From positions 160,001 to 224,000 of the forward strand of contig JBGAIQ010000004.1 of assembly GCA_044225365.1 (NCBI GenBank): DNA of 64,000 bases, given 5' to 3'. Shown here one piece after another: positions 10,743 through 20,844 of the stretch. A model generated the notes under the pieces. It was not told where the DNA came from. It made no database searches and saw only the letters and a list, made by a program, of their open reading frames with translations. Position numbers and translations under genes: made by a program. How positions within the stretch are numbered: position 1 is the first letter of the stretch; every line of letters starts with the position of its first letter. This DNA is from Planctomycetota bacterium. GTDB taxonomy: Bacteria; Planctomycetota; B15-G4; JADJEK01.

Positions 10743-13700
10743 CGGAGGAAGTAGAACTCCTTGCCGTTGAACAGGACCTGGCAGAGGTCCGCCAGTGCGC
10801 GATCCTGCGCGTGATCGGGATCGACGGCGCCGTAGTCCTTCTGCTGCGCAGCGAGGAACTCCGCGGCGAGCCGCTTCTCGTCGTCCGCGGGAGCGCGGCC
10901 CAAGGCGTCGAGGTAGATCGTCGCGAGGACGTCGCCCGCGCTCGCCTCGCACTTCGCCTTCACGCGCTGCGCGAATCGTTTCGCCATCTCGATCACGAAC
11001 GGATCGTTCATGAGGATGAGACCCTGCGCCGGGACGTTCGAGATGCTCCGCCGCCCGACGCAGGTCGACGGGAGAGGGGTGTCGAACGCGAGCATGAAGG
11101 GCGACAGGAAATTGCGGCGCACTTCGATGTAGACGCTGCGCCTTCCGCCGCCGTCGAGCGGTCCGCTCGCGCCCGGGCGACCGCGACCGTCCATGAAGTC
11201 GGTGAGCGCGATCGGCACCGACGGGCCGTACATCGTGGTGTCGAGACTGCCCGCGATCGCGAGCATCCCGTCGCGGAGCGCCTCGCCCTCGAGACGTCGC
11301 ACCGATGCGCGATGCAGCAATCGGTTCTGCGGATCGATCCGCTCCGCGTTGGCGTCCGTCGAGTCGCTCGCCATGCGATAGGTCGCGGACATCACGAGCC
11401 GCTTGATGAGCGCCTTCTGCGACCAACGCCCGTCGGTTCGGAACCAACTCGCGAGATGGTCGAGCAGCTCGGGATGGCTCGGCGCTTCGCCGAGCTTGCC
11501 GAAGTCATCGCAGGTCGGAACGATCCCGCGCCCGAACAGGTGATGCCAGACGCGATTCACCGCGACGCGCGCGGGCAGCGGATTGGATTCCGCGAGCCAG
11601 CGGTTCGCGAGCTCGAGGCGGCCCGACCCGTTCTCGCCCATCTTCGGCTGGACGGCGTCGCCGCCCGCCAGCGCTTCGAGGAAGCGACGCGGTTGATCCG
11701 GCCCCGGGTTCATCCACTTGCCGCGGAGGAACACGTACTCGTCCTCGCCGAATCCGTCCTCGATCGCGAGCGCGTGCTGGGGCGCGGGGATCGAGGCTTC
11801 GATCGCGGCGTACTCGGCATCGATCGCGTCTATGCGCGGATCGGAGAGGAGGAAGCGACCGTCGCGCAGCAATTCGGTGCGGCACGCATCGGCCGTGACG
11901 GGGTTCCCCCTGTGTCCAGGACTGGAATTCGCCCGCGATCCCTGCGGGGCGTCGACGAGATCCGGTGAATTGGCGAACTCGATCGAGTCGACGGCGATCC
12001 ATCCTGCGCCCTCATCGAGGATCTCGATGTGGGCGCGGTGGCCCTTGTACTTCGCAACCCGTTGCGCGTGCCATTGCCAGGAGTCACCGACGTTGACGTC
12101 GAACGTCATGCCGTCGAACAACAGCGCGTTGAAGACATCGAGCTCGTAGCTGTCGACGATCACCCGTACCCGGGAGCCCTCTCCCTTCAACCGATACAGG
12201 ATCCAGTCCGAATCGATCGTGAACGACTTGGAACGCAGTGCGCCCTCGAGCTTCTTGCTGTCGACGCCGCTGTGCGCGCACGACGCGAGGATACGCTGCC
12301 GATGTTCACCGAAGCCGAGTCGCCCGGCCGCTGGTGCACCCCCGAAGGCGAAGCCGGACTCTCGCCAGTTCTCGAAGCCCTCGGTGAAGGCCTCGAAGAT
12401 GCGGGTCGACGATTTCACGGTTCGCCGATCGCCGGATTCGGGATCGTCGTCCAGATCGAGGGACGCCGTCCTGGCGAATCGCTCGAGACGAGTTGCGTCG
12501 ACCCCGAAGTTCGAAGCCACCGTCGCGACCTGCGTCGACCATTGCGCGGGATCGAGCATCGACGTCAGTCGAACCGAGTCGATTCCGACCATGTAGGCCT
12601 TCACCGCCGTGGGATTGCATCCCTTGATCTCCGCGACCAACGTGTGCTTACCGGCTCTCCCGAAACGATGCACACCGAGCGGAACGAAGCCCGTCGCGTC
12701 GACATCCAGGGCGAAGAGATCGATCTCCGCACCGGCGGGTTGCCCGTCGACGTAGAACTGGACGATTCCGTAGTCCCGCGCTTTCGTCAGGGCGGCTTCG
12801 ACGCGGAAGTCTCCGGCACGGGGAATCTCGATCGTCAATTCGAGCTGCGATCCGGGATGAGCTCCCGTCCACCACAGTTGATCGTCGTTCGACCACTTCC
12901 GGGTCCCGTACCCACCCATCGGCTGCATGCTCAAATTGCCGTCGTGCGGCGACTTCGCCCAATCGAGATGCGCCTCGAGGCTTTCGCTCGCGCCATCGGG
13001 GGCCGGAACGACCGCAGAAGCATCCCGGTAGGCCTTCGCCGTTCGGTAGGTCGCAACCGGGTCCTTGCCCACGATCTCTTCGAACAGCTTCTCGCGTTTC
13101 TCCCGGAGCGCTTTCAACTCGGAGACTTTCTTCTCGATCGTGCGATGCGGATCGAGGAACGCGGTCTGCTGGTGCGAGCTCTTCATGAAGCCGGCGAGCG
13201 CGTAGTAATCGCGCGTGGAGATCGCGTCGAACTTGTGGTCGTGGCAGCGCGCGCAGCCGACGGTCAGGCCGAGGAACGCCTTAGAGATCACGTCGATCTC
13301 GTTGTCGACGCGATCGGCCTCGTCCTGCCGAGGATCGACCGGCGCGTGCGTCGCTTGCGGGAAGAAGAAGTGCGCGGTCGCGAGCAGCGATTGATTGGTC
13401 TCGTCGTCGGGATCGCGCCGTGGCGGATCGAGCAGATCGCCCGCCAGGTGTTCCTTCAGCATCTGGTCGTAGGGCACGTCGGCGTTGAGCGCCTTGATCA
13501 GGTAGTCGCGGTAGCGCCAGGCCTCGTAGGTCGGGTAGTCGAACTCGTGGCCGTAGGTCTCGGCGTAGCGAAAGAGATCCATCCAATGACGCGCCCACCG
13601 CTCGCCGAAGCGTGGTGACGCGAGCAAGGAATCGACGACCTTCTCGAAAGCGTTCGCCGACGGATCGGTGACGAATGCATCGATCGCTTCCGGCTCCGGT

Positions 13701-14344
13701 GGCAAGCCGATGAGGTCGAAGTAGGCGCGGCGAATGAGCGTCCGACGGTCGGCTTCCGCGGCCGGCGAGAGCCCCGCCTGCTTCAAGCGATCGAGCACGA
13801 AGCGATCGAGCGCATCGCGCGACCAGGAATCTCCCGCGATCGCCGGCGGCTGCGCGGCGCGGATCGGCTGCCAGCACCAGTGCTCGGACTTGCGCTTCTC
13901 GATGTCGACCGGCGCATCCTTCTTCGGCACGGACGAGCCGGTCGCCCCTTGTGCCTCCTTCGTCCACGGCGCGCCGATCTCGATCCAGTGCTGGATATCG
14001 GCGAGGGCGACGTCGGGCAGCTTGCCCTTCGGCGGCATCTGCAGGTGGATGTCGTCGTAGCGAATCGCCTTCATGAGACGACTCTTCTCGGCATCCCCGG
14101 GAACGAGCGCAGGTCCGGATTCACCGCCGGCCAGGAGCGACTCGAGGTGATCGACGCGGAGTCCGGCCTTCTGCTTCATCTCCCCGTGGCAGCCCTGGCA
14201 GCTTTCGATCAGCACCGGGCGGATGCGCGTTTCGAAGAACTGCAGGTCGTCGGGCGTCGGCGGAGCGCCGTGCGCGACGCCCGGAAATCCGAGACCGACT
14301 CCGAGGAGAACGATCCCGTGCGCGAGGGTTTTCGCGTGAGGCAT
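10739..14344 (-). CDS. Planctomycete cytochrome c / PSD1 (DUF1549-DUF1553) protein
   Basis: FFETRIRPVL..CQGCH, FGERWARHWMD, CARCHDHKFD, VNRVWHHLFGRGIV; GGAGG before ATG 14344. Confidence 0.92.
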   Translation of the reverse strand: MPHAKTLAHGIVLLGVGLGFPGVAHGAPPTPDDLQFFETRIRPVLIESCQGCHGEMKQKAGLRVDHLESLLAGGESGPALVPGDAEKSRLMKAIRYDDIHLQMPPKGKLPDVALADIQHWIEIGAPWTKEAQGATGSSVPKKDAPVDIEKRKSEHWCWQPIRAAQPPAIAGDSWSRDALDRFVLDRLKQAGLSPAAEADRRTLIRRAYFDLIGLPPEPEAIDAFVTDPSANAFEKVVDSLLASPRFGERWARHWMDLFRYAETYGHEFDYPTYEAWRYRDYLIKALNADVPYDQMLKEHLAGDLLDPPRRDPDDETNQSLLATAHFFFPQATHAPVDPRQDEADRVDNEIDVISKAFLGLTVGCARCHDHKFDAISTRDYYALAGFMKSSHQQTAFLDPHRTIEKKVSELKALREKREKLFEEIVGKDPVATYRTAKAYRDASAVVPAPDGASESLEAHLDWAKSPHDGNLSMQPMGGYGTRKWSNDDQLWWTGAHPGSQLELTIEIPRAGDFRVEAALTKARDYGIVQFYVDGQPAGAEIDLFALDVDATGFVPLGVHRFGRAGKHTLVAEIKGCNPTAVKAYMVGIDSVRLTSMLDPAQWSTQVATVASNFGVDATRLERFARTASLDLDDDPESGDRRTVKSSTRIFEAFTEGFENWRESGFAFGGAPAAGRLGFGEHRQRILASCAHSGVDSKKLEGALRSKSFTIDSDWILYRLKGEGSRVRVIVDSYELDVFNALLFDGMTFDVNVGDSWQWHAQRVAKYKGHRAHIEILDEGAGWIAVDSIEFANSPDLVDAPQGSRANSSPGHRGNPVTADACRTELLRDGRFLLSDPRIDAIDAEYAAIEASIPAPQHALAIEDGFGEDEYVFLRGKWMNPGPDQPRRFLEALAGGDAVQPKMGENGSGRLELANRWLAESNPLPARVAVNRVWHHLFGRGIVPTCDDFGKLGEAPSHPELLDHLASWFRTDGRWSQKALIKRLVMSATYRMASDSTDANAERIDPQNRLLHRASVRRLEGEALRDGMLAIAGSLDTTMYGPSVPIALTDFMDGRGRPGASGPLDGGGRRSVYIEVRRNFLSPFMLAFDTPLPSTCVGRRSISNVPAQGLILMNDPFVIEMAKRFAQRVKAKCEASAGDVLATIYLDALGRAPADDEKRLAAEFLAAQQKDYGAVDPDHAQDRALADLCQVLFNGKEFYFLR

Positions 14345-14582
14345 GTCGACGAAGCCTCCGAAACGGCGTCGAGCCGGCCCAGTGAGCCCCGCGCCCCGAT
14401 GCGCGTGGCTCCATTCGGCCGGAAACGACGACCGCAGGCATTCTGCCACAGGATTCCACCGCCGGGAGGACTCATTCCGGGCCGAGCTGCGCCCTCCTCG
14501 TCACCCCGACGCAGGTCGCACCGTGAACGGTCATCTAGAATCCGATTCTCGAGACTCTTGAATCCCGGAAGCCCCGCGCGGC

Positions 14583-17228
14583 ATGTCGCGAGCACCCATG
14601 CGTCCTCCCTACGAACGTCCGCAGACGACCGATCCGCTTCCGATCCTCGCTCACGCGTGCTGGCTCCACGGGCTCGCGCGGAGGCTGGTCGAGGACCCGG
14701 CGCTCGCGGACGACCTGGTGCAGGAAACCCAGATCGCGGCGATCGCCGCGCAGCCGGACGCTTCGCGCCCGCTGCGCGGCTTCCTCGCCACGATCCTGCG
14801 GCACTTTCGGCGCCAGCATCATCGCTCGCAACTGCGCCGTGAGCATCGCGAGAAGATCGCGGCGGCCGCGGACCTCCTGGCCTCGCACGACGATCCGGTC
14901 GAAAGACTCGAATCGCACCGTCAAGTCGTCGACGCCGTCGCAGCTCTTGCCGAGCCCTACCGCTCGACGATCCTCTTGCGGTACTTCGAGGATCTCGCGC
15001 CGAGCGCGATCGCATCCCGGCAGAGGGTCCCGGTCGCGACCGTGAAGACACGGTTGCAACGCGGACTCGAACTGCTGCGCGCGAGGCTCGCTCGCGACTG
15101 CGACGGTTCCGGGCGGACGTGGGTATCGCTGCTGCTCCCGCTCGCGCGACCCGCGATCGGGATTCCCACCGTTGCGCTCGGAGTCCTCTCGATGAAACTG
15201 AAATATGCGCTCGCCGTGATCGTCGTCGGCGCCCTTGGTGTCGGCGCCTTCCTGTTCGACGGTGCCGGCACGACCTCGCAGACGAAACGCACCGAACCCG
15301 TGAGCCCCATGCAAGCGGATCGCGCGGCAGAGCGAACGAGCGGCGATCCCACCGTCGTTCGCGAAGTCGTGCGATCGAGCGCTCCGATCCCGAAGAACGC
15401 TGCGGCGAAGGACGCCGCGCCGACGAAAGCCGAGCCGAAGCCTGCGCCCGAGCGGCGCATCCTCCAGGGGATCGTGCTCGACTCGTCCGCGAATCCGGTC
15501 CCCGGAGTCGAGCTCGCCTTCGTGAAGGGACGCAGCGGCGAGAAGATCGATCTCGCCGCGCCTGCCCCGCACAGCGGCGCCGACGGCCGCTTCGAAGCCG
15601 GAGAGCCCGATGATTGGGAGCGGCTGATCGCATCCGGGACGCAATACGCCACCATCTCCGCCGCAGCACGCACTGAGCGACGTGTCGATCTCGTCGTGAT
15701 CGTCGGCTCGGCAGTCGACTATTCCGGAGTCGTCGTCGACGAGGACGGCAGGGCGATCCCGAGGGCGGACATCGAATTCCACTTGCCGCGGGGCTTCCGC
15801 ACGCGCTTTCCCCGAGTCATCGATTCGGCGGTCGACATCCCGATCGTGTTACAGACCGACGAGTCGGGACGATTCTCGCGGGAACGGGCACCTTCGGTCG
15901 TGGGGATGTCGATCTTCGTCAACGCTCCGGGTTTCGAGATCGGCATCGTGGCCGCGCCGCCCGGGGGCGACCGTGCCCTGAGGATCGTGCTGCATAAGCC
16001 GCATCGCGCCGATCAGAGGATCGAAGGCGCCGTCGTGGATGCGCTCGGCGCGATCGTGCCGAACGCTCTCGTCTCGCTGCGGGGAGAGATCACTCGCACC
16101 GATGAGAGCGGCCGCTTCGCGCTCGATCTCGACGATGCCGCCTGGATCGCTCGCCTTTCGGAGAAGTTCGGCGAGCCGGCGGCGCGAGTCGCCGGGTTCG
16201 TGAAGTCGAGCGGCTTCGGCAAGGACTCGCCGCTCGCACTGCGGTTGATCGCTGTCACCGAAGGCGCATTGCCCGCGATCTACTCGCCGCCGATCGGACC
16301 GGACGGGCCGATGTTTCCGAGCTTCGTTCTGTTGCGACTCGGCAAGGAGCCGTTGTCGATCGCGGGTACGGTACAGGATGCCGCGGGACAGCCTGCGGCG
16401 GGCGTGACGGTGTGGGTCGACGACCCCCAGGTCTTCGGCGCATCGGACGATGGCGGTCCGCTCTCGATCGAAGCGGTGGTCGACGATCGCAATGGCCGCG
16501 GTTGGCGCTCGACGACCTCGGATTCGTCCGGACATTTCCTCGTTCGTGGCCTCGTCGACCGAAACTACCGGCTCGCTGCGATGAACAGCGATCTCCTACG
16601 CGCGAACGTTTCGTCGGTCGCTGCAGGAAGAGACGATGTCGTTCTTCGATTCTCCGAAGGAGCCGCGCATGCGAGCGTTCGCGGGCGAGTCGTGTCGCGG
16701 CATGCGAAACCGATGGCGGGCGTCCAGGTTCACACCCAGGCCGACGCATTCGCCTTCGGCGGTTCGACCTGGCACACCATCGGTGAACCGGTCACGACCG
16801 ATGCCGACGGCCGCTTCGAGTTGAAGAACGTGCCGAAGCAAGGGGTCTACTTGCGCCTCGACGGCGACTCCATCGTTCCGCTCGAATACGGTCGCGCGCT
16901 TCCAGATCTTTCCAGCGCATCGAAGCGCGAGATCACGGATCTCGAGATCCTGGTGTCCGTCCGTTGCCACGTCCGCGTCGACCTCGGGTCATCGCTCGTC
17001 GCCAACGAGTTCGGCATCGTGGATTCCACGGGCGCGCCGCTTCCGATCGACCTGATCGAGGGCGGGAGTCGCTCGACGCGTGAGCGGTTCGAGTTGACGG
17101 ACGGTCGTTCCGCAGTGGTGTCGATCCCGGACGACGCGGTGGCCGCCGTGCTCTACCTCGACGGAACGGAAGTAAGGCGACTACCGATCGAATTCGCGGC
17201 CGAAGGCGTGACCACGATCAAGCCGTGA
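14583..17228 (+). CDS. ECF sigma-70 factor fused via a TM segment to carboxypeptidase-regulatory-like beta-sandwich repeats
   Basis: Region 2 ADDLVQET, region 4 ATVKTRLQRGLELLR, hydrophobic segment, repeated GxVxD..GxP / TDxxGRF units. Start is 14583 or 14598. Confidence 0.85.
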   Translation: MSRAPMRPPYERPQTTDPLPILAHACWLHGLARRLVEDPALADDLVQETQIAAIAAQPDASRPLRGFLATILRHFRRQHHRSQLRREHREKIAAAADLLASHDDPVERLESHRQVVDAVAALAEPYRSTILLRYFEDLAPSAIASRQRVPVATVKTRLQRGLELLRARLARDCDGSGRTWVSLLLPLARPAIGIPTVALGVLSMKLKYALAVIVVGALGVGAFLFDGAGTTSQTKRTEPVSPMQADRAAERTSGDPTVVREVVRSSAPIPKNAAAKDAAPTKAEPKPAPERRILQGIVLDSSANPVPGVELAFVKGRSGEKIDLAAPAPHSGADGRFEAGEPDDWERLIASGTQYATISAAARTERRVDLVVIVGSAVDYSGVVVDEDGRAIPRADIEFHLPRGFRTRFPRVIDSAVDIPIVLQTDESGRFSRERAPSVVGMSIFVNAPGFEIGIVAAPPGGDRALRIVLHKPHRADQRIEGAVVDALGAIVPNALVSLRGEITRTDESGRFALDLDDAAWIARLSEKFGEPAARVAGFVKSSGFGKDSPLALRLIAVTEGALPAIYSPPIGPDGPMFPSFVLLRLGKEPLSIAGTVQDAAGQPAAGVTVWVDDPQVFGASDDGGPLSIEAVVDDRNGRGWRSTTSDSSGHFLVRGLVDRNYRLAAMNSDLLRANVSSVAAGRDDVVLRFSEGAAHASVRGRVVSRHAKPMAGVQVHTQADAFAFGGSTWHTIGEPVTTDADGRFELKNVPKQGVYLRLDGDSIVPLEYGRALPDLSSASKREITDLEILVSVRCHVRVDLGSSLVANEFGIVDSTGAPLPIDLIEGGSRSTRERFELTDGRSAVVSIPDDAVAAVLYLDGTEVRRLPIEFAAEGVTTIKP

Positions 17229-17243
17229 TCGCGAGGTTCGCGC

Positions 17244-17600
17244 TCAGCGCGCGCCGTGGCTCGCCTTCACCATCGTGTGGATCCCTCCGCGGACGTAGAA
17301 GTCGCCCTCGACCTCCATCCACTTGGGATGGGTCGCCGCGACGAGATCGTCGAGGATGCGATTCGTGACGTCCTCGTGGAAATGCCCTTCGTCGCGGAAC
17401 GACCACATGTAGAGCTTCAGCGACTTCAGCTCGACGCAGACTTCCGCGGGGACGTAGCGGATGCGGAAGGTCGCGAAGTCGGGTTGTCCCGTCTTCGGAC
17501 AGAGGCAGGTGAACTCCGGAACCTCGAACGCGATCTCGTAGGCGCGGCCGGGACGCGGATTGGGAAAGGTCTCGAGTTGCTTGGTCGGGCGAGTGGTCAT
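17244..17600 (-). CDS. queF: NADPH-dependent 7-cyano-7-deazaguanine (preQ0) reductase, short type
   Basis: [15 protein letters not shown] (catalytic Cys), VELKSLKLY QueF motif, HE, RGGI. Confidence 0.95.
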   Translation of the reverse strand: MTTRPTKQLETFPNPRPGRAYEIAFEVPEFTCLCPKTGQPDFATFRIRYVPAEVCVELKSLKLYMWSFRDEGHFHEDVTNRILDDLVAATHPKWMEVEGDFYVRGGIHTMVKASHGAR

Positions 17601-17607
17601 CGTTGAA

Positions 17608-17636
17608 AGGGTCTAGGACCACGAGCCGAATGTCAA
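17608..17636 (-). promoter_or_regulatory. Putative sigma70 promoter of queF
   Basis: Minus strand TTGACA (17636-17631), 17 nt spacer, GACCCT (17613-17608), then 7 nt to the ATG. Confidence 0.45.
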
Positions 17637-17809
17637 TTCAGATTCGGCGCACCGATCCATGAGATGACACTTTGGAGATCCGCATCCGCTATTCGTCTTG
17701 AATCGATACGATCCGGCCCAAGGCGCTTCGAACCCCACCCTCTTGCGCCTTCCTTGCCCAGGCTCGTCACGGCGGACGAGTTCCCGACCAGATCCTCATC
17801 GGAGTCGAT

Positions 17810-20659
17810 ATGAGCTTTCGCTTCGCGTTACGCTCGAGTGCGTGCGTTGCATTCGTCGCGTGCTTCTCGGGCGCCTTCGGGCAGGACGAGGACACGATGA
17901 CCAATTCCGGTCCGGTCCTCAATTTCGAGAATCCGCTGGTTCATCCCCTGGCGATCTCGGCGGACGGCAAGCGCCTCCTCGCGGTGGACACGCCCGACGC
18001 GCGACTTTCGGTGTTCGACACGACGACGGCATCGATTCCCGCGCTCATTTCGGAGATCCCGGTCGGGATCGAGCCGGTGTCGGTAAGGATTCGGACCACG
18101 GACGAGGTCTGGGTCGTCAATCACACCTCCGACAGCATCTCGGTCGTGTCGCTCGCTCAAGGGGTGGTCACGGATACGATCTACGTGAAGGACGAACCGT
18201 CCGACGTCCTCTTCGCCGGGACGCCGACCCGCGCCTACGTCAGCGTATCGGGCAACAAGGAAGTGCGCGTCTATGACGTCACGACCCACGCGCTCGTCGC
18301 CACGATCGCGATCCAGGGCGTTCAGCCGCGCGCGCTCGCAGCGAGCCTCGATGGCACGAAGGTCTACGTCGCCATGGCGCTCTCTGGGAACAAGACGACG
18401 GTGATCCCTTCGAATCTCGCGCCGCCCCAGCCGAACCCGACGAACCCGAACGCAGGCACCCCGCCGAAAACAGCTTTGATCGTGGACTCGACGGACCCCG
18501 CGTGGGCCGGCGCGATTCCCTATTCGATCGCCGACAACGACGTCGCCGAGATCTCGACGGCCTCGAACACGGTCACTCGTTACTTCCATGGCGTCGGCAC
18601 GACGCTCTGGAACATCGCGGTTCAACCCACGACCGGTGATCTGTTCGTCGCCAATACCGACGCGCGAAACGTGGTGCGATTCGAGCCTGCGCTGCGCGGC
18701 CATGCGGTCGACAACCAGGTCGCGAGGATCGCACAGGGCTCCGGCGCCGTAAACGAGATCGACCTCAATCCGGGCGTGAACTACGCAGTCCTGCCGAACC
18801 TTTCGGCGAAGGCGACCGCGCTCGCCCAGCCAACCGACATCGCCTTCGATTCGACCGGCAACACGATGTACGTCGCCGCCTTCGGCACCGACCGCATCGC
18901 GAAGATGACTCCGAGCGGCACCATCTTGTCGCGCATCGAGATGGGAGCGGCGACGGGCTCGACGGTCGATCCCAAGACCAAGCGTGGGCCGCGCGCGATG
19001 GTGATTCATCCCTCCGGAGCCCGGCTCTACGTGCTGAATCGCATCTCGAACACGATCGGCGTCGTCAATACGGCGACGGACGCCGTGACCCTCGAGGTTG
19101 CGCTGGGCGCCTACGATCCGACGCCGGCGACCACGCGGATCGGTCGCGGCTTCCTCTACGACGCAAAGCTCTCGGGCAATGGCACGATGTCGTGCGCGAG
19201 TTGCCACGTCGATGCCGATTCCGATCACGAGGATTGGGATCTCGGCGATCCCGAAGGCGATCCGGAGGACATCCCCGACCCGTCGAACATCTACGGCGTG
19301 ATCCACATGCATCCCATGAAGGGACCGATGTTCACGCAGACCCTGCGGGGTCTTGCCGGCAATACCCCGCTTCACTGGCGTGGCGATCGCGCGGACTTCA
19401 CGGCGTTCAACTCGGCCTTCTCGAAGCTCATGGGCGGCAGCATGCTCGCCGCCGCCGACATGCAGGCGTTCTCGGACTTCATGAACGGCGTCGTGTTCGA
19501 ACCGAACCCGAACATGAACATCGATCGCTCGCTCCCGGCCTCGATCGCGGGCGGAAATCCGACGGTCGGCAAGGACATCTACAAGAACGGCTCGGCGAAT
19601 ACTCCGATCGGGGCGTGCAACAACTGCCATCACCTGCCCCTCGGCACCGGCAGCAAGATCGTCAACAAGACGGTGCTGGGACAGGCCCAGGGCCTGAAGG
19701 TCCCGCAGCTTCGGACCTCGTACAAGAAGCTGAACTTCGACAATTCTCCCGGCGCGACGTCGCTCGAGGGCTTCGGCTTCGCTCATGACGGAGCCTTCGC
19801 AACGATCGAGTCGTTCCTCAGCAATCCCGTCACCTTCGGCCCACTCGCCACGTCACCCCAGCAGCAGAAGGACCTCGCTGCGTTCGTGATGTGCATCGAC
19901 ACCGGCACGCCACCGGCGGTCGGTTACTCGCGCACGGTCACCGCCGCGAACATGAACACCGCGCCCATCACCACGGACGTCAATCTCCTCACGTCGCAAG
20001 CGCAACTCGCGGACGTCGACGTCATTGCCAAGGGCCGTCTCGACGGCGTCCTCCACGGTCTCTTGTATCTGCCCTCGATCGGCAAGTTCCAGACCGACAA
20101 GGGCGGATACGGACCGTTCACTTGGAGCGAGCTGAAGACGAAGATCGGGGCGGGTGGAATCCTCACGTTGATGGCGGTTCCCCTCGGCTCCGGCAAGCGC
20201 ATGGGCGTCGACCGCAACATGAACGGCATCCCGGACGCGGAAGAGACCTCTACCTTCGCGCTCGAGAGTTACGGCTCTCCGTCGCCAGCGTGTGCAGGGA
20301 ACATCCACGTGGCTTCGAACTCCGAACCGTTCGAAGGCAATGCGAACTTCGCCTTCACGTGTACCAACCTCACGCCGCTGACGAACTCGTGGCTCGTGCT
20401 GACGCCGGGCGAGGGAATGGAACCGCCCCTGACGATGTTCGGCATGAACCTGTGGGTCGATGTGACCACTCCGACGTTCGTGTTGCTCAACATCCCTGCC
20501 GATGATCTCGGGTTCGGTTTCCTGAAGATCCCCTTGCCGTTGAATCCGCCGTATCTCGACCTCCCGTTCTCGGCGATGGTCGTCACGACGAATCCGTGCG
20601 GATCGGTCGGCCTCGCAGGATCGCAAGGAGTTCGCTTCGCGATCACGACCGTGAACTGA
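17810..20659 (+). CDS. Secreted YVTN-type beta-propeller plus di-heme cytochrome c (CCP/MauG-like) protein with C-terminal domain
   Basis: Signal peptide; repeats IPVGIEPVSV, VWVVNHTSDSISVV, LYVLNRISNTIGVV; heme motifs CASCH and CNNCH; PLHWRGDR, KVPQLR. Confidence 0.85.
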   Translation: MSFRFALRSSACVAFVACFSGAFGQDEDTMTNSGPVLNFENPLVHPLAISADGKRLLAVDTPDARLSVFDTTTASIPALISEIPVGIEPVSVRIRTTDEVWVVNHTSDSISVVSLAQGVVTDTIYVKDEPSDVLFAGTPTRAYVSVSGNKEVRVYDVTTHALVATIAIQGVQPRALAASLDGTKVYVAMALSGNKTTVIPSNLAPPQPNPTNPNAGTPPKTALIVDSTDPAWAGAIPYSIADNDVAEISTASNTVTRYFHGVGTTLWNIAVQPTTGDLFVANTDARNVVRFEPALRGHAVDNQVARIAQGSGAVNEIDLNPGVNYAVLPNLSAKATALAQPTDIAFDSTGNTMYVAAFGTDRIAKMTPSGTILSRIEMGAATGSTVDPKTKRGPRAMVIHPSGARLYVLNRISNTIGVVNTATDAVTLEVALGAYDPTPATTRIGRGFLYDAKLSGNGTMSCASCHVDADSDHEDWDLGDPEGDPEDIPDPSNIYGVIHMHPMKGPMFTQTLRGLAGNTPLHWRGDRADFTAFNSAFSKLMGGSMLAAADMQAFSDFMNGVVFEPNPNMNIDRSLPASIAGGNPTVGKDIYKNGSANTPIGACNNCHHLPLGTGSKIVNKTVLGQAQGLKVPQLRTSYKKLNFDNSPGATSLEGFGFAHDGAFATIESFLSNPVTFGPLATSPQQQKDLAAFVMCIDTGTPPAVGYSRTVTAANMNTAPITTDVNLLTSQAQLADVDVIAKGRLDGVLHGLLYLPSIGKFQTDKGGYGPFTWSELKTKIGAGGILTLMAVPLGSGKRMGVDRNMNGIPDAEETSTFALESYGSPSPACAGNIHVASNSEPFEGNANFAFTCTNLTPLTNSWLVLTPGEGMEPPLTMFGMNLWVDVTTPTFVLLNIPADDLGFGFLKIPLPLNPPYLDLPFSAMVVTTNPCGSVGLAGSQGVRFAITTVN

Positions 20660-20844
20660 ACGGAAGAAGTCGTCGCGAGAACGCAGGCGCCGTGTGCGGA
20701 TCAATTCCGTGCTCAGCGCCTGCTTGCCTGTCGCTCACCATCAAGAAACGGCAAATCCAGCGACCTGCGAGCGGTGGCTTTTGCCGAACCGCGGTACCGC
20801 GAGTAGGATCACGGCCCTTCGATTCACGAACCGAGGATCCACCC

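Noticed and set aside
17601-17700. preQ1 riboswitch upstream of queF
   Set aside because: A small GGTC-CTA-GACC hairpin exists, but there is no A-rich tail and it overlaps the likely promoter.
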